Source: a virus
Taxonomy: Duplodnaviria > Caudoviricetes
IMG/VR virus record: IMGVR_UViG_3300018429_000003
Coordinates: 2,074 to 66,073 of that record
DNA: 64,000 bases
Reading direction: 5' to 3' (one strand)
Part shown: piece after piece, positions 53,905 through 63,632 of the stretch
Layout: each line of letters starts with the position of its first letter
Position numbering within the stretch: position 1 is the first letter of the stretch
Program-made: the position numbers and the translations under genes
Notes under the pieces: generated by a model
What the model was told of the DNA's origin: nothing
What the model saw: the letters and a program-made list of their open reading frames with translations, nothing else
Database searches by the model: none

Positions 53905-54390
53905 ATGCAGGTAAATCTACATTGCGCGGAGTGCGGAGTCGAGTTTTTCAGGCTTCAGTGTCAATTGGGTCGGGGTCGAGGCCGTTTTTGCTCGAAAGCG
54001 TGTTTAGGCAAATCGAAACGCCACGGTTCGGAGTTGTTTTGCGCTCCGTGCGATTCGCCGTTCTATCGCCGATTTGGGGAACAGGATATAGGTGTAGCCA
54101 TACGCCAATTTTGCTCGCGAGACTGCTACTCGGAATGGCGGGCGATGAATCGAAGTCCGAATACTTACCTAAAAACGGGCCGCGTGCATACACATCGCGT
54201 GGTAGCCGAAGCGGTCTTAGGGCGGCAGCTTATGCCCGAAGAGGTGGTGCATCATATAGACCTGAACAAGCAAAACAATCACCCGTCAAATCTCGCCGTC
54301 TTCCCGGATCAAGCCATGCACGCGAGTTGTCATCAGGGAGGGCTTTCTGATGACGAACTACGCCGATTTTCTCTCATCCAAGCGGGTTGA
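53905..54390 (+). CDS. HNH homing endonuclease with Zn-finger repeats
   Basis: CAECG..FCSKAC-type repeats; HRVVAE..LGR.L..EEVVHHID.NKQNNHPSNL......H...H. Confidence 0.9.
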   Translation: MQVNLHCAECGVEFFRLQCQLGRGRGRFCSKACLGKSKRHGSELFCAPCDSPFYRRFGEQDIGVAIRQFCSRDCYSEWRAMNRSPNTYLKTGRVHTHRVVAEAVLGRQLMPEEVVHHIDLNKQNNHPSNLAVFPDQAMHASCHQGGLSDDELRRFSLIQAG

Positions 54391-55735
54391 TATCAGTCCC
54401 TCCGGCTTCCCGGTTGATAAGTCTTCTCTAAATCCCCAACTGTGCAGCTTTCAGCGCGACCTAACGGCGTGGGCCATCGAAAGAGGCCGCGCCGCGCTAT
54501 TCTGCGATTGTGGCTTGGGCAAAACGCCGATGCAGTTAGCCTGGGCCGAACAGGTAACACGCAAGCTGAACAAGCCCGTTCTGATTCTTGCGCCGCTGGC
54601 GGTCTCGAAGCAGACAGAGCGAGAGGGTAAGAAATTTGGTATAGCCGTAAAGGTCGCGTCGTCGGATATCGAGGTCCGCAAGCATGGTGTTTACGTCACT
54701 AACTACGAAAAGCTACAGCACTTCGATCCGTCGCGATTTGGTGGCGTGGTTCTGGATGAAAGCTCGATCCTGAAGTCCTTTACTGGCTCAACCCGCAACC
54801 TGCTGATCGAGAAGTTCAGTAACACGCCGATGAAGCTTTGCTGTACCGCGACGCCAGCACCGAACGACTTCATGGAGCTAGGGAATCATTCTGAATTTCT
54901 CGGAGTGCTTACACGCACAGAAATGCTTTCCACGTTCTTTGTGCACGACGGCGGCGATACCGCCAAGTGGAGGCTGAAGGGCCACGCAGAGGAAGAATAC
55001 TGGAAGTGGATTTGCCAGTGGGCCGTGATGATTCGCAAGCCTTCGGATCTCGGGTACTCAGATAAGGGTTTTGACCTACCACCGCTCACGCTTCACCACG
55101 TCACGGTGAGCGGCAAGAACGCGCTGGAAGGGTTTCTATTCCCGGTCGAAGCTCAAACCATGCAGGAGCGCCGGGACGCTCGTAGAGGTAGCTTGCAAGA
55201 CAGAGTGCGAGCATGTGCTGACCTTGTGAATGCGAGCACGGAGCCCTGGCTGGTTTGGTGCGACCTGAACGCGGAAGGTGAACTGCTGGAAAAGGCGATT
55301 CCAGATTCCGTTCAAGTGGCGGGCGCGGACAAGGACGAAGTTAAAGAATCGCGGATGCTGGAATTCAGTGATGGTGCCCATCGCGTGCTGATCAGCAAGC
55401 CTTCGATCTGTGGATTTGGAATGAACTGGCAGCACTGCCCAAACGTGGCATACGTCGGCTTGAGCGATTCTTATGAAAAGTTCTACCAATCGCTTCGCAG
55501 GGCTTGGCGATTTGGGCAACGGCGACCGGTTAACTGTTACGTGATTACGTGTGAACAGGAAGGCGCAGTTGTCAAGAATATCGAGCGCAAGGAGAAAGAC
55601 GCGATGCGCATGGCCCAGGAGATGGTTAAGCACATGAGCGTTTACAACACGGAAGCCGTTCATGGGACCGTGCGAACTGGAGAAAACTATCGACCGATCA
55701 GGGCAATGGAATTGCCGGAATGGATGCAAGTATGA
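54350..55735 (+). CDS. SNF2-like (SF2) helicase
   Basis: DCGLGKT, NYEKL, VLDESS, TATPAPN, GFGMN, QSLRRAWRFGQ. Confidence 0.9.
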   Translation: MTNYADFLSSKRVDISPSGFPVDKSSLNPQLCSFQRDLTAWAIERGRAALFCDCGLGKTPMQLAWAEQVTRKLNKPVLILAPLAVSKQTEREGKKFGIAVKVASSDIEVRKHGVYVTNYEKLQHFDPSRFGGVVLDESSILKSFTGSTRNLLIEKFSNTPMKLCCTATPAPNDFMELGNHSEFLGVLTRTEMLSTFFVHDGGDTAKWRLKGHAEEEYWKWICQWAVMIRKPSDLGYSDKGFDLPPLTLHHVTVSGKNALEGFLFPVEAQTMQERRDARRGSLQDRVRACADLVNASTEPWLVWCDLNAEGELLEKAIPDSVQVAGADKDEVKESRMLEFSDGAHRVLISKPSICGFGMNWQHCPNVAYVGLSDSYEKFYQSLRRAWRFGQRRPVNCYVITCEQEGAVVKNIERKEKDAMRMAQEMVKHMSVYNTEAVHGTVRTGENYRPIRAMELPEWMQV

Positions 55736-56643
55736 AAGTAGTCGATCAAAGATTCGGTAAGACGTGGGCCATGTATCTCGGCGATTCGTGCGAGGTCATT
55801 CAAGGAGTGCCGTCTAGCTCAATTCACTATCAGATATTCTCTCCGCCGTTCGCTTCGCTTTACACCTACTCGGCGAGCGAGCGCGACCTTGGCAACTGTC
55901 GAACCCACTCGGAATTCTATGAACACTTCAAATTCCTAATCGCGGAAATGTATCGAGTGGCAATGCCGGGGCGGTTGCTATCTTTTCATTGCATGAATCT
56001 GCCTTCATCGAAGCAGCGCGACGGGGTGATCGGGATATTGGATTTCAGGGGCGACCTGATCCGCATGTTTAGGGAGGTAGGGTTTATCTACCACTCAGAA
56101 GTCGTGATCTGGAAAGATCCCGTCACCGCAATGCAACGGACAAAAGCTCTTGGTCTATTGCATAAACAGATCAAAAAAGATTCGTGCATGAGTCGGCAGG
56201 GGATTCCTGACTACCTCGTTACGATGCGTAAGCCGGGAGAGAACCCCGAGCGCGTCACTCATACAAACGAATCTTTCCCTGTCTCGGTTTGGCAAAGGTA
56301 CGCTTCGCCTGTCTGGTTTGACATTAACCCGTCCAAAACACTGCAACGCGAATCAGCGCGAGAAGATAACGACGAGCGCCACATATGCCCGTTGCAGTTG
56401 GAAGTGATTGAGCGAGCAGTTGAACTGTGGACCAACCCCGGCGATACGGTTGCGAGCTGGTTTGCGGGCATCGGCAGTGAAGGGTATGTCGCGATTCAAA
56501 AAGGCCGTCGCTTCATCGGCGTTGAATTGAAACCGAGTTACTACAAGCAAGCGGTCGCGAACCTTGACCACGCAGAGAATGAGGCGCCCAGGGATCAATT
56601 GTTTGCTGCTGCCGACCTAATGAGTGTTGAGGCTATCGCATGA
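55732..56643 (+). CDS. N4-C/N6-A DNA methyltransferase
   Basis: FSPPF catalytic motif; HICPLQL; NPGD.V..WFAGIGSEG; GVELK. Confidence 0.9.
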   Translation: MKVVDQRFGKTWAMYLGDSCEVIQGVPSSSIHYQIFSPPFASLYTYSASERDLGNCRTHSEFYEHFKFLIAEMYRVAMPGRLLSFHCMNLPSSKQRDGVIGILDFRGDLIRMFREVGFIYHSEVVIWKDPVTAMQRTKALGLLHKQIKKDSCMSRQGIPDYLVTMRKPGENPERVTHTNESFPVSVWQRYASPVWFDINPSKTLQRESAREDNDERHICPLQLEVIERAVELWTNPGDTVASWFAGIGSEGYVAIQKGRRFIGVELKPSYYKQAVANLDHAENEAPRDQLFAAADLMSVEAIA

Positions 56644-56846
56644 ACAGTTACACCGAGCGCCGGAAGCTAAGAGAATCTTCAAACCTTGAGGGCGCGAGCA
56701 TCGATCAGGGCAAGCGCTGCATTTGCCCAACGTGCGGAGGCGAGCATTACACGAAGCGGGAAAACGTCACAAGCAGTGACGTGAGAACAGAGCAGGCGGA
56801 CAGTTTCACAAACGCTGAGACCGCGATTCTAACTTTTGGAAAATAA
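56640..56846 (+). CDS. Small Zn-ribbon protein
   Basis: CICPTCGGEH; ATGA overlap. Confidence 0.5.
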   Translation: MNSYTERRKLRESSNLEGASIDQGKRCICPTCGGEHYTKRENVTSSDVRTEQADSFTNAETAILTFGK

Positions 56847-56856
56847 AGGAGACACC

Positions 56857-57537
56857 ATGCAATACGAGATCTCAAACGAAATAGAAAAGATGGCCCGCGG
56901 CATCATCAAGCAACACCATCCAGACCTTACCAGCAAGAACATCGTCTACGTCTTCCAAGCGCGCAAAGACAAAGGCACCGGTGAGGCGCAGGCGCAGATG
57001 CGCAAGGGCAAGCCAATTCTCGCTGACGTAAAGATTGTCGGTGGCCTGAATGCCTTTCTCGTCTCCGGTGAGGCGCGCACAGATGAGAATGGACCAACGC
57101 CTTTCGTGGTCATGATCGTCAGTAAGCACGCTTGGAACCTGCTGAAACCTGAGCAGCGCCAGGCGATGATTGACGAGCAGCTGTGCCGCGTTGACTACGA
57201 CATTGAAACCGGACGGCCCGCGCTTCTCGCTTACGACGTTAACGCTTTCAGTCTGAACGTGAAGCGCTACGGAGCTTGGCATAACGACCTCGCTACGTTC
57301 CTCAAAGTCGCAAAGCAGCATCCACTATTCGAAGACCTCGAAAACCAGCCTGACCCTCAGCCTGTCGTTGAACAGACCGCATCAGCCGAAGCGAAGCAGC
57401 AAGTGAAGGTGCTGAAGGCTGGTAGCGGTAATGGCGCTGAGAAGGTTGAGCCTGCGAAGGAAGCGCCAAAGCCCAACGAGCTTCGGATTATCAAACAGAA
57501 AGTCGCAGAGCGAAGTGCGGCAAGGGCGACGAAGTAG
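56857..57537 (+). CDS. Putative phage metallopeptidase-family protein with a degenerate HExxH
   Basis: II..HHPDL...I.Y...W..L..EQRQAMIDEQLCR...YDV..F...VKRYGAW; AAGGAG SD. Confidence 0.65.
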   Translation: MQYEISNEIEKMARGIIKQHHPDLTSKNIVYVFQARKDKGTGEAQAQMRKGKPILADVKIVGGLNAFLVSGEARTDENGPTPFVVMIVSKHAWNLLKPEQRQAMIDEQLCRVDYDIETGRPALLAYDVNAFSLNVKRYGAWHNDLATFLKVAKQHPLFEDLENQPDPQPVVEQTASAEAKQQVKVLKAGSGNGAEKVEPAKEAPKPNELRIIKQKVAERSAARATK

Positions 57538-57770
57538 GAAGCTTGAATCCGATTAACGTTTTGCGCGTCACGCTGCCAAATCCATGCTTTCTAAAGTGTG
57601 GCGCATAAATGGCTCGAAATTGGAAGTGTGAAAGGGAAAAGCGATGGCAGACCAACCTATTGATTTTCATTGCGCTGACTGCGGTTGTGATCGTGGTGGC
57701 GTGATCGATTTGGCGGAAAAACCCACTGTGCTGCGATGCTTCGAATGCACACAGAAACCCAGAAAGGAAA

Positions 57771-58136
57771 ATGCAAATGCCAGAGACAGTAGACAACGGC
57801 AAGCCCGGTAACGGTTTCGACGCGTGGTGCGTTCTCGATCTGTTTGGACACCAGCGTACAGCGGGCCACGTCACTGAACAGACAATCGGCGGGTGCTCTT
57901 TCATTCGAATAGATGTTCCTGAGAAAGACGGAGGATATCGGACGGAGTATTACGGCAATGGAGCGGTCTACAGCATGCGCCCCGTCACAGAGGAATTAGC
58001 GCGGGCGATTGCGTTACGTGCTGCCGCTCCCGTGAGTGCGTGGGATCTTTCAAGACTCGGGTTGAATCCCGCCCCGGCAGAGGGCACTGCAGCCCATGTT
58101 GATCACGCTGGGGAAGATGACGAACAGGACGATTAG
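57771..58136 (+). CDS. Conserved phage hypothetical protein
   Basis: WCVLDLFGH..AG.VTEQ.IGG.SFIRIDVP...AVYSM.PVTEE.AR. Confidence 0.7.
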   Translation: MQMPETVDNGKPGNGFDAWCVLDLFGHQRTAGHVTEQTIGGCSFIRIDVPEKDGGYRTEYYGNGAVYSMRPVTEELARAIALRAAAPVSAWDLSRLGLNPAPAEGTAAHVDHAGEDDEQDD

Positions 58137-58138
58137 CC

Positions 58139-58435
58139 GTGGTAATGACCCAGCGATACCTTCACGGAGTGGCCCAATCATTTTGGCGTGGATGCCGTTG
58201 CGGTCCCTGTCGCGTTGCTGGTTCAGAGTATTCAAGGTTCCGCTATCTGGAGCGAGCGAAGGGGCGACGGAAAGATTGCCGAAAGGCGTGGCGATCAAGG
58301 GCGGCGATTCGTGGAATTGGAACGCAAAGGGAGATCGCGGAACTGCTGGGAATCGGACAGGCAACAGTCTCTCGGATACTCGCCGGGAAGAAGATCAGGC
58401 CCGAGACAGAGCGGAAAGTACTGAGGGCTGCGTAA
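58139..58435 (+). CDS. HTH protein with an HG...GCRC..C Zn motif
   Basis: HGVAQSFWRGCRCGPC; GTQREIAELLGIGQATVSRI. Confidence 0.7.
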   Translation: MVMTQRYLHGVAQSFWRGCRCGPCRVAGSEYSRFRYLERAKGRRKDCRKAWRSRAAIRGIGTQREIAELLGIGQATVSRILAGKKIRPETERKVLRAA

Positions 58436-58463
58436 TTGGATTACTGAAAGTGGCAGGGGTGAA

Positions 58464-58736
58464 TTGATGAAATACAGACTGCGATGGCGCGTTCAAGAAA
58501 AGATGCGGGCCGTGTGGCGCAATACCATCGGGTTTCGTTTGGCGCTTTGGCTGGATAAGAGATTTCCGAAATGGTGCTGGGCTGAACTTTGCACCACGAT
58601 CGGTCTTGGCTATGACATTCAAGACTGGCGCAAGGCTCGTGAGACTGGCCCATCTTGTGCCCGAGATTGCGAAACATTTGGATCGTGCTACTGCGGCAAG
58701 ATGGTCAAGTCGGAAGCAAAAGCGGTGACCGCATGA
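58464..58736 (+). CDS. Hypothetical Cys-rich protein
   Basis: WCWAEL...C..DC...GSCYCGK. Confidence 0.55.
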   Translation: MMKYRLRWRVQEKMRAVWRNTIGFRLALWLDKRFPKWCWAELCTTIGLGYDIQDWRKARETGPSCARDCETFGSCYCGKMVKSEAKAVTA

Positions 58737-58948
58737 ACAGCAACGAGATCCAATATCAAATGAATCGGCTGATTCAGAAAATCGTAACAGCCCAGCAAGC
58801 GCAGGGTGAGCGATGCAATCACGATCACCACTGCCACTGTGTGCCTGAATTAAGCGAAGCCGAAAACATCGCACGAGACTTGAAGCGCGAACTTGAAATG
58901 CAGGAGTCGGAGCGGGTGATAGCTCAGGGAAAGGTGGTGACGGCGTGA
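58733..58948 (+). CDS. Hypothetical protein
   Basis: ATGA and GTGA coupling. Confidence 0.5.
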   Translation: MNSNEIQYQMNRLIQKIVTAQQAQGERCNHDHHCHCVPELSEAENIARDLKRELEMQESERVIAQGKVVTA

Positions 58949-59166
58949 GCACTGAAATCAAATACGTTGGCGGTTCAAAGGATGGCCAGACCAAGCGCGT
59001 GCGCTCTGTCGGTGAACAAAAGTCTATAGAGCGATACGTTTGGAAAGAGTTCAATAAAGCGACGAACCAGCCGACAGGTCGCACGCGACGGGAGAACTAT
59101 CGCCTTGAGCGCGGGCGGGGCGAATACGTCCTTCAGGGAGACATTGAAAGCGAGGCGGTTCAATGA
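58945..59166 (+). CDS. Hypothetical protein
   Basis: YVGGSKDG motif; translationally coupled. Confidence 0.55.
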   Translation: MSTEIKYVGGSKDGQTKRVRSVGEQKSIERYVWKEFNKATNQPTGRTRRENYRLERGRGEYVLQGDIESEAVQ

Positions 59167-59351
59167 GAATCCAACTCCCCAGCGGCGGGACCGCAACAGT
59201 GTCAGAAGACGTTCAGCCAAAGACGGTGGCGGCGTTGGACCAGGGTTATCGAGTTTAAGAAACTGTGACCAAGGACTACGAATGACCATTCAACTTGAAA
59301 TCCCACGCGAACCAATCGAGCAGATTAAGTGTTTGCGCAGATGAGGTGAGT

Positions 59352-59555
59352 ATGAGCGCTGAATTAGAAAAGCACTATTACACCGATAAAGAGTTCTGCG
59401 AAATGATGGAGATAGATCGTCGCACGTCGAAGCGCTGGCGTGAGAAGCGATTGATCGGCTACATCCGCACGCCCACCGGGAAGATTCGCTATCTGCAGCG
59501 ACACATCGAAGCGTTCGACAAGCGCAACGAAAGGAAAGCGAAGACAGCAGCGTGA
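59352..59555 (+). CDS. xis: Excisionase-like MerR-type winged HTH protein
   Basis: YYTDKEFCEMMEIDRRTSKRWRE...IGYIR...KIRY....IEAF; GAGG SD; abuts the integrase. Confidence 0.75.
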   Translation: MSAELEKHYYTDKEFCEMMEIDRRTSKRWREKRLIGYIRTPTGKIRYLQRHIEAFDKRNERKAKTAA

Positions 59556-60758
59556 TTACTCGTCATCCTCTTCAAGCAGTTTTGCAGCTCGCTTCCGTGT
59601 TGACTTATCGACGTGCATGTAGCGCCAGGTTGTTTTAGGTTGAGAATGGCCCATAAGTTTACCCGTTTCTTCCAAGCTCAGTCCGCGCCGAATCAGGCGC
59701 GTGGTAGCCGTGTGCCGCGCATCGTAAAGTCGAAAGCCTTCCAGCGAAATTCCTTCAAGTCCGGCCAACCGTTTGGCTGTAGCAAAGGACCGCTTCACCG
59801 ACTTAAACGGCAAGGTCTTCTTTCCTTTCTTGTACGTGAAAACAAACTCGTCGGGTTTCTTGCCTTCGCACAACGGGGTGACAGCGGCCCTGGCTTTGGC
59901 TGTCAGATCGAAGGACCGCTCCTTCCGGCGTTTTCCTTTGTACGAAACAACGGTGATGCAGTTGTCGGCCAGGTCAACATCCTTGACGCGAAGCTGGAAA
60001 AGTTCAATCGGTCGGCAACCGGTAGCGAATGCGCAGATCAAAAGTGGCTTCAGGTGCTTGCGTCGATCGTCTTCATCGCAAGCGTCAATCAAGGCCTGCT
60101 CTTCTACCTTAGTGGCGATACGTTCGCGCTCTGTCTCTTCAGCTTTCTCTACCAAAGAGTCGCCCTCGTGAAATGGATTGCGCTTGATCCATCGATGCTG
60201 ATGGGCAATAACGAACAGTCGGCGAAGGACTTCAAGTTCACGGTGGACGCTGGCTATCGAACGCTGCCAGGTCTCTTTGATTTTGATTGCGGTTCGCTTC
60301 CCTTCCGTGTCGCGCTGGTACTTATCTCGGGTCGCAGGGGTTTTGAGGCGGGCAGACTTGAAGTCAGCAAGGTCTCCATAGGTAATGCTTCTAACTCGCC
60401 TGTTGGGTCCGAAGAAATCCACGAGCGCATCGGCCTTACGGCGCGCGTCTCGCCAGGATCGCATTCCAGCCTTCTTCATTCCCTTACGGTCGTATTCAGC
60501 CTCGATGGCGTAGTTGTCTTTGTAGTGGTCCACCAACTGCTTGATCGTAAGGGTGGCGCCGTCAACCGCTGCGTCGTCGCGGTCGTCGTCAATGTCTTCC
60601 ATCAAATCCTTGATGTGGTTGCGGGCTTCTTTTTTGGTTCCGCTTACAGACTTCCGTTTCTTGTCGTGAACCTTCCCTTTAGAGTCGGTCCACGTGATGC
60701 GACCGTAAAGATAGCCTTCAGCGTCATACCAAAAACTGCCAGTTCGCGCTCGGGGCAT
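59556..60758 (-). CDS. int: Tyrosine integrase
   Basis: TGCRPIEL (R), YDARH (RH; the box II His appears as Tyr), MGHS and TTWRY (catalytic Tyr). Confidence 0.95.
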   Translation of the reverse strand: MPRARTGSFWYDAEGYLYGRITWTDSKGKVHDKKRKSVSGTKKEARNHIKDLMEDIDDDRDDAAVDGATLTIKQLVDHYKDNYAIEAEYDRKGMKKAGMRSWRDARRKADALVDFFGPNRRVRSITYGDLADFKSARLKTPATRDKYQRDTEGKRTAIKIKETWQRSIASVHRELEVLRRLFVIAHQHRWIKRNPFHEGDSLVEKAEETERERIATKVEEQALIDACDEDDRRKHLKPLLICAFATGCRPIELFQLRVKDVDLADNCITVVSYKGKRRKERSFDLTAKARAAVTPLCEGKKPDEFVFTYKKGKKTLPFKSVKRSFATAKRLAGLEGISLEGFRLYDARHTATTRLIRRGLSLEETGKLMGHSQPKTTWRYMHVDKSTRKRAAKLLEEDDE

Positions 60759-60923
60759 TTTTCCAGATTCAACTTCCAGATTCAGGCTGCGACACACGGT
60801 ATATCAAAGTCCCGCAATGTCACAATAGGGAGTATAATAGAGCCGCTTTTATCTGCGATAAATGGCAATGAATCGGTAAGATGTCCGGTGGTGTCACGGA
60901 CTGTCACAAGAGCGGGATGGGTG

Positions 60924-60965
60924 CTTTTAACCAGTGGGTCGCAGGTTCGAGCCCTGCTCGGCTCA
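60924..60965 (+). other. attP: attP core equal to the 3' half of tRNA-Lys(UUU)
   Basis: CTTTTAA anticodon loop, GCAGG-TTCGAGC-CCTGC T-arm and acceptor 3' strand; no 5' half; next to the int start. Confidence 0.85.
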
Positions 60966-61137
60966 TACTTAAATCAAGCCCTTTCTAAGCCCTCACCGGG
61001 TTTCCTTCCAGATTCCACTTCCATTAACGCCGCAGAATCTTCGATTTTGGAGGGTTCTATGGGTCACGGTACTGCTCTGGGAGAGGTGTGTTTGATGCCG
61101 CTTTTTAGGAAAGCGCGACGGAGATTGGAGGCGGGGA

Positions 61138-62235
61138 ATGGCCGCTGAGTTAGCCCAACAAGATCCATATACGCTGGTTGCGCATCATCTTCAGGATGGC
61201 GAAGCGACCCGGGCCGAACTGAAGGCGTTAACCGGTTTGGACTATGCGCAGATCGAAGCGGCCTTGTATCGACTTGTTGGGGTGACGGAATGCGTTGGCG
61301 TTCGGGAAGACGGGTCGGGTATTGAGCACTACTACTGGAAGGATAATGCGGAGCCTTTTCAGCCCCAGCCTCAGAGCCCAAGGCTCGTACCAGCGGAGCC
61401 CGCCGAGTCGCGCGAGGTTTTTAGTGACGGAGTAGCAGACGATTTGGAGGCGGGGCCAAGTAGGGCAGCCCGGCCGACTGGCTGGAGCCTTGCGGCAAAG
61501 GTTCGAGAGTTTCTCAGCGAAGTCGAGAGTGATGAGCAGTTTTCAATAAGCGAGATATACGACTTTTTGACTAAGCGTTACCCCAACGCGTGTGAAACCT
61601 ACGAAGCCGGAGCCTTGCGGTCGCAACTAACCCCAACGCTGAATTCTTTTATCAATAAAGAAGTTGTTTTAGTCAGCAAGGGGTCAGGGAAATACCCCAA
61701 CCTCTACGAGAAGAAGATCGGGGCCAATATCGACCTCTCAAGAGTCGAGTCCCTCATTGCAGCGGACCTTAGTATCACAGCGATGTGCGCTGAGTTAGGT
61801 GTTTCAGTGGCGACGTGGACTCGTCATCGCAAGGCGGACCCAAGACTTCAAGCCGCGTACGAGAAAGGCATTCAGCGCCGTGATGCGCTCGAACAGATCG
61901 CGCAAAAAAACTCAGACTCTGACAAGCCGTTGTCCAAATCCAGACAAGAAGTTGCCAAAGTCGAGACACCGGAAGAGGCGGAATCCGAGCAACCGTTGAG
62001 TCTTCAGATGATTGAACCGGACAAATCGGAAGACAAATCAGAGTCCTCGAATCTCGGTAATTTTATAACCACAAATCAGGTAGCGACCGATATTGCCGAT
62101 TTTGCCGACTCATCTGAGACGTCAAATCGAGCAACGTATGCGCTGCCGTCGTTCATTGCGGAGCTGCGCGCCGAACGTGACGAACTCGATCAACTGATTA
62201 CATTGCTCGAAAGACGAGCCGCGCGGGTCGGCTAA
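61138..62235 (+). CDS. Hypothetical multi-HTH protein
   Basis: GGAGG SD; wHTH-like N-terminus; ITAMCAELGVSVATW. Confidence 0.65.
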   Translation: MAAELAQQDPYTLVAHHLQDGEATRAELKALTGLDYAQIEAALYRLVGVTECVGVREDGSGIEHYYWKDNAEPFQPQPQSPRLVPAEPAESREVFSDGVADDLEAGPSRAARPTGWSLAAKVREFLSEVESDEQFSISEIYDFLTKRYPNACETYEAGALRSQLTPTLNSFINKEVVLVSKGSGKYPNLYEKKIGANIDLSRVESLIAADLSITAMCAELGVSVATWTRHRKADPRLQAAYEKGIQRRDALEQIAQKNSDSDKPLSKSRQEVAKVETPEEAESEQPLSLQMIEPDKSEDKSESSNLGNFITTNQVATDIADFADSSETSNRATYALPSFIAELRAERDELDQLITLLERRAARVG

Positions 62236-62648
62236 AAGGAAAGGCCTGACGCTGTAACGCCAGGCCAAGGTGGAAACGGTTCGAACAGCAACGGGAGTGT
62301 ACCCCGAGAAAGAAGTTTAAGTATGGCTGATATACGCATGGAGGAATTATTGAGGTGGCCGGAAGAGAAGCAGCGGCCAGTGAGTTCACGTGAGAAATGA
62401 AAGCGTAAGGCAAAGTGAAATGAGCCACAGCGGAAAAAGGTTGAAACAGACAGCGATACGCCGCGCGCGAAAGCGAGAGCGGACGTCCAAGCAGTGCGCA
62501 AAGGACGCAAAGGCGTTCGCGTGCGGTCGAAAGGTGATCTACATGAGCGAACCCGAGGCTCAGGAAGTAGCGGTCAAGTTAGGCGCTTATTTTACCACAG
62601 AAACACCGCACATCTGCCCGGTAGCCAGCGATTCGCAAGGAGGGTGGC

Positions 62649-63632
62649 GTGAAAGTTCTGCTTCTGCAGCTTGATGGAAAGATCCCGAACATCGCGTTAA
62701 TGCGCATCGCAGCGCACCATCGCACTCTGGGTGACGACGTTGAGTTACGCCACGGCACTAGTGAGACAGAAGCGGGCCTGTTCGATGATGCCGATCAAGT
62801 TTACGCTTCGCTCATATTCACTAAGACACGACCAAAAGCCGAGCGACTAAAAGCAACGCGGCCTAATTCTGTTATTGGCGGTACAGGATGGGACTTAACT
62901 ACAACACTTGAAGCGCACGGCATTACAACGCCCACTTATGATTACTCGATCTACCCCGGCTGGAAGCAGAGTATTGGCTTTACGCAGCGCGGTTGCCGTT
63001 TACGCTGCTCGTTTTGCGTAGTCCCTCAGAAGGAGGGCGCGATTCGCGAAGTCGCGACCATTGCAGACATTTGGCGTGGCGACCCTTCGCCGCGGGAGAT
63101 CTTATTGCTCGACAATGATTTCTTTGGTCAACACCAGTGGCGCGAACGAATTGCAGAGATCAGGGATGGCGGGTTCAAGGTTTCATTTAATCAAGGCATC
63201 AACGCGCGTACGCTTAACGATGAAACCGCCGCCGCGATTGCCTCAGTGCGTTATTACGATGACAGCATGAGCGCGCGGCGGGTTTATACCGCGTGGGACA
63301 ACCGAAAGGACGAGGCGCGACTGTTTGCAGGGCTCAACGCGCTTACACGGCAGGGCGTCAAGCCTCACCACATCATGGTCTACATGCTGATTGGCTACTG
63401 GCCGGGCGAAACGGACGCAGATTGGGAGTACAGGCGGAGTCAATTGAGAACTTTTGGTGCGCGACCGTACCCGATGCCTTACGTTCGAACCGCAGCGACG
63501 ATGGGTTTTCAGCGTTATTGCGTCGGCGCATATGACAAGCGGATTCAATGGACCGACTGGAAGGCTGCGAACTATCGACCTGAGAGGCTGGGCCTTCTGA
63601 CCCACGAACCTGAACTGGAGTTTGCAGCATGA
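62649..63632 (+). CDS. Phage radical SAM protein
   Basis: QRGCRLRCSFC (CX3CX2C); N-terminal DGKIPNIALMRI domain; LLDNDF. Confidence 0.9.
   Translation: MKVLLLQLDGKIPNIALMRIAAHHRTLGDDVELRHGTSETEAGLFDDADQVYASLIFTKTRPKAERLKATRPNSVIGGTGWDLTTTLEAHGITTPTYDYSIYPGWKQSIGFTQRGCRLRCSFCVVPQKEGAIREVATIADIWRGDPSPREILLLDNDFFGQHQWRERIAEIRDGGFKVSFNQGINARTLNDETAAAIASVRYYDDSMSARRVYTAWDNRKDEARLFAGLNALTRQGVKPHHIMVYMLIGYWPGETDADWEYRRSQLRTFGARPYPMPYVRTAATMGFQRYCVGAYDKRIQWTDWKAANYRPERLGLLTHEPELEFAA

Noticed and set aside
53793-54350. 185-aa ORF overlapping the HNH gene
   Set aside because: Only the first ~30 codons look meaningful (helicase remnant); the rest is an alternative frame of the HNH gene.
59163-59267. 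Programmed frameshift in the small ORF MRIQLPSGG...
   Set aside because: It may be a 1-nt homopolymer indel (CAGGG) and there is no slippery heptamer. This is a reason to treat other frame breaks cautiously.
60890-60970. Complete tRNA gene
   Set aside because: The 5' acceptor strand and D-arm are missing and there is no CCA; treated as the att core.
59613-61148. 511-aa plus-strand ORF over the integrase and attP
   Set aside because: It is an antisense shadow of int with no motifs or SD, and it crosses the att core.
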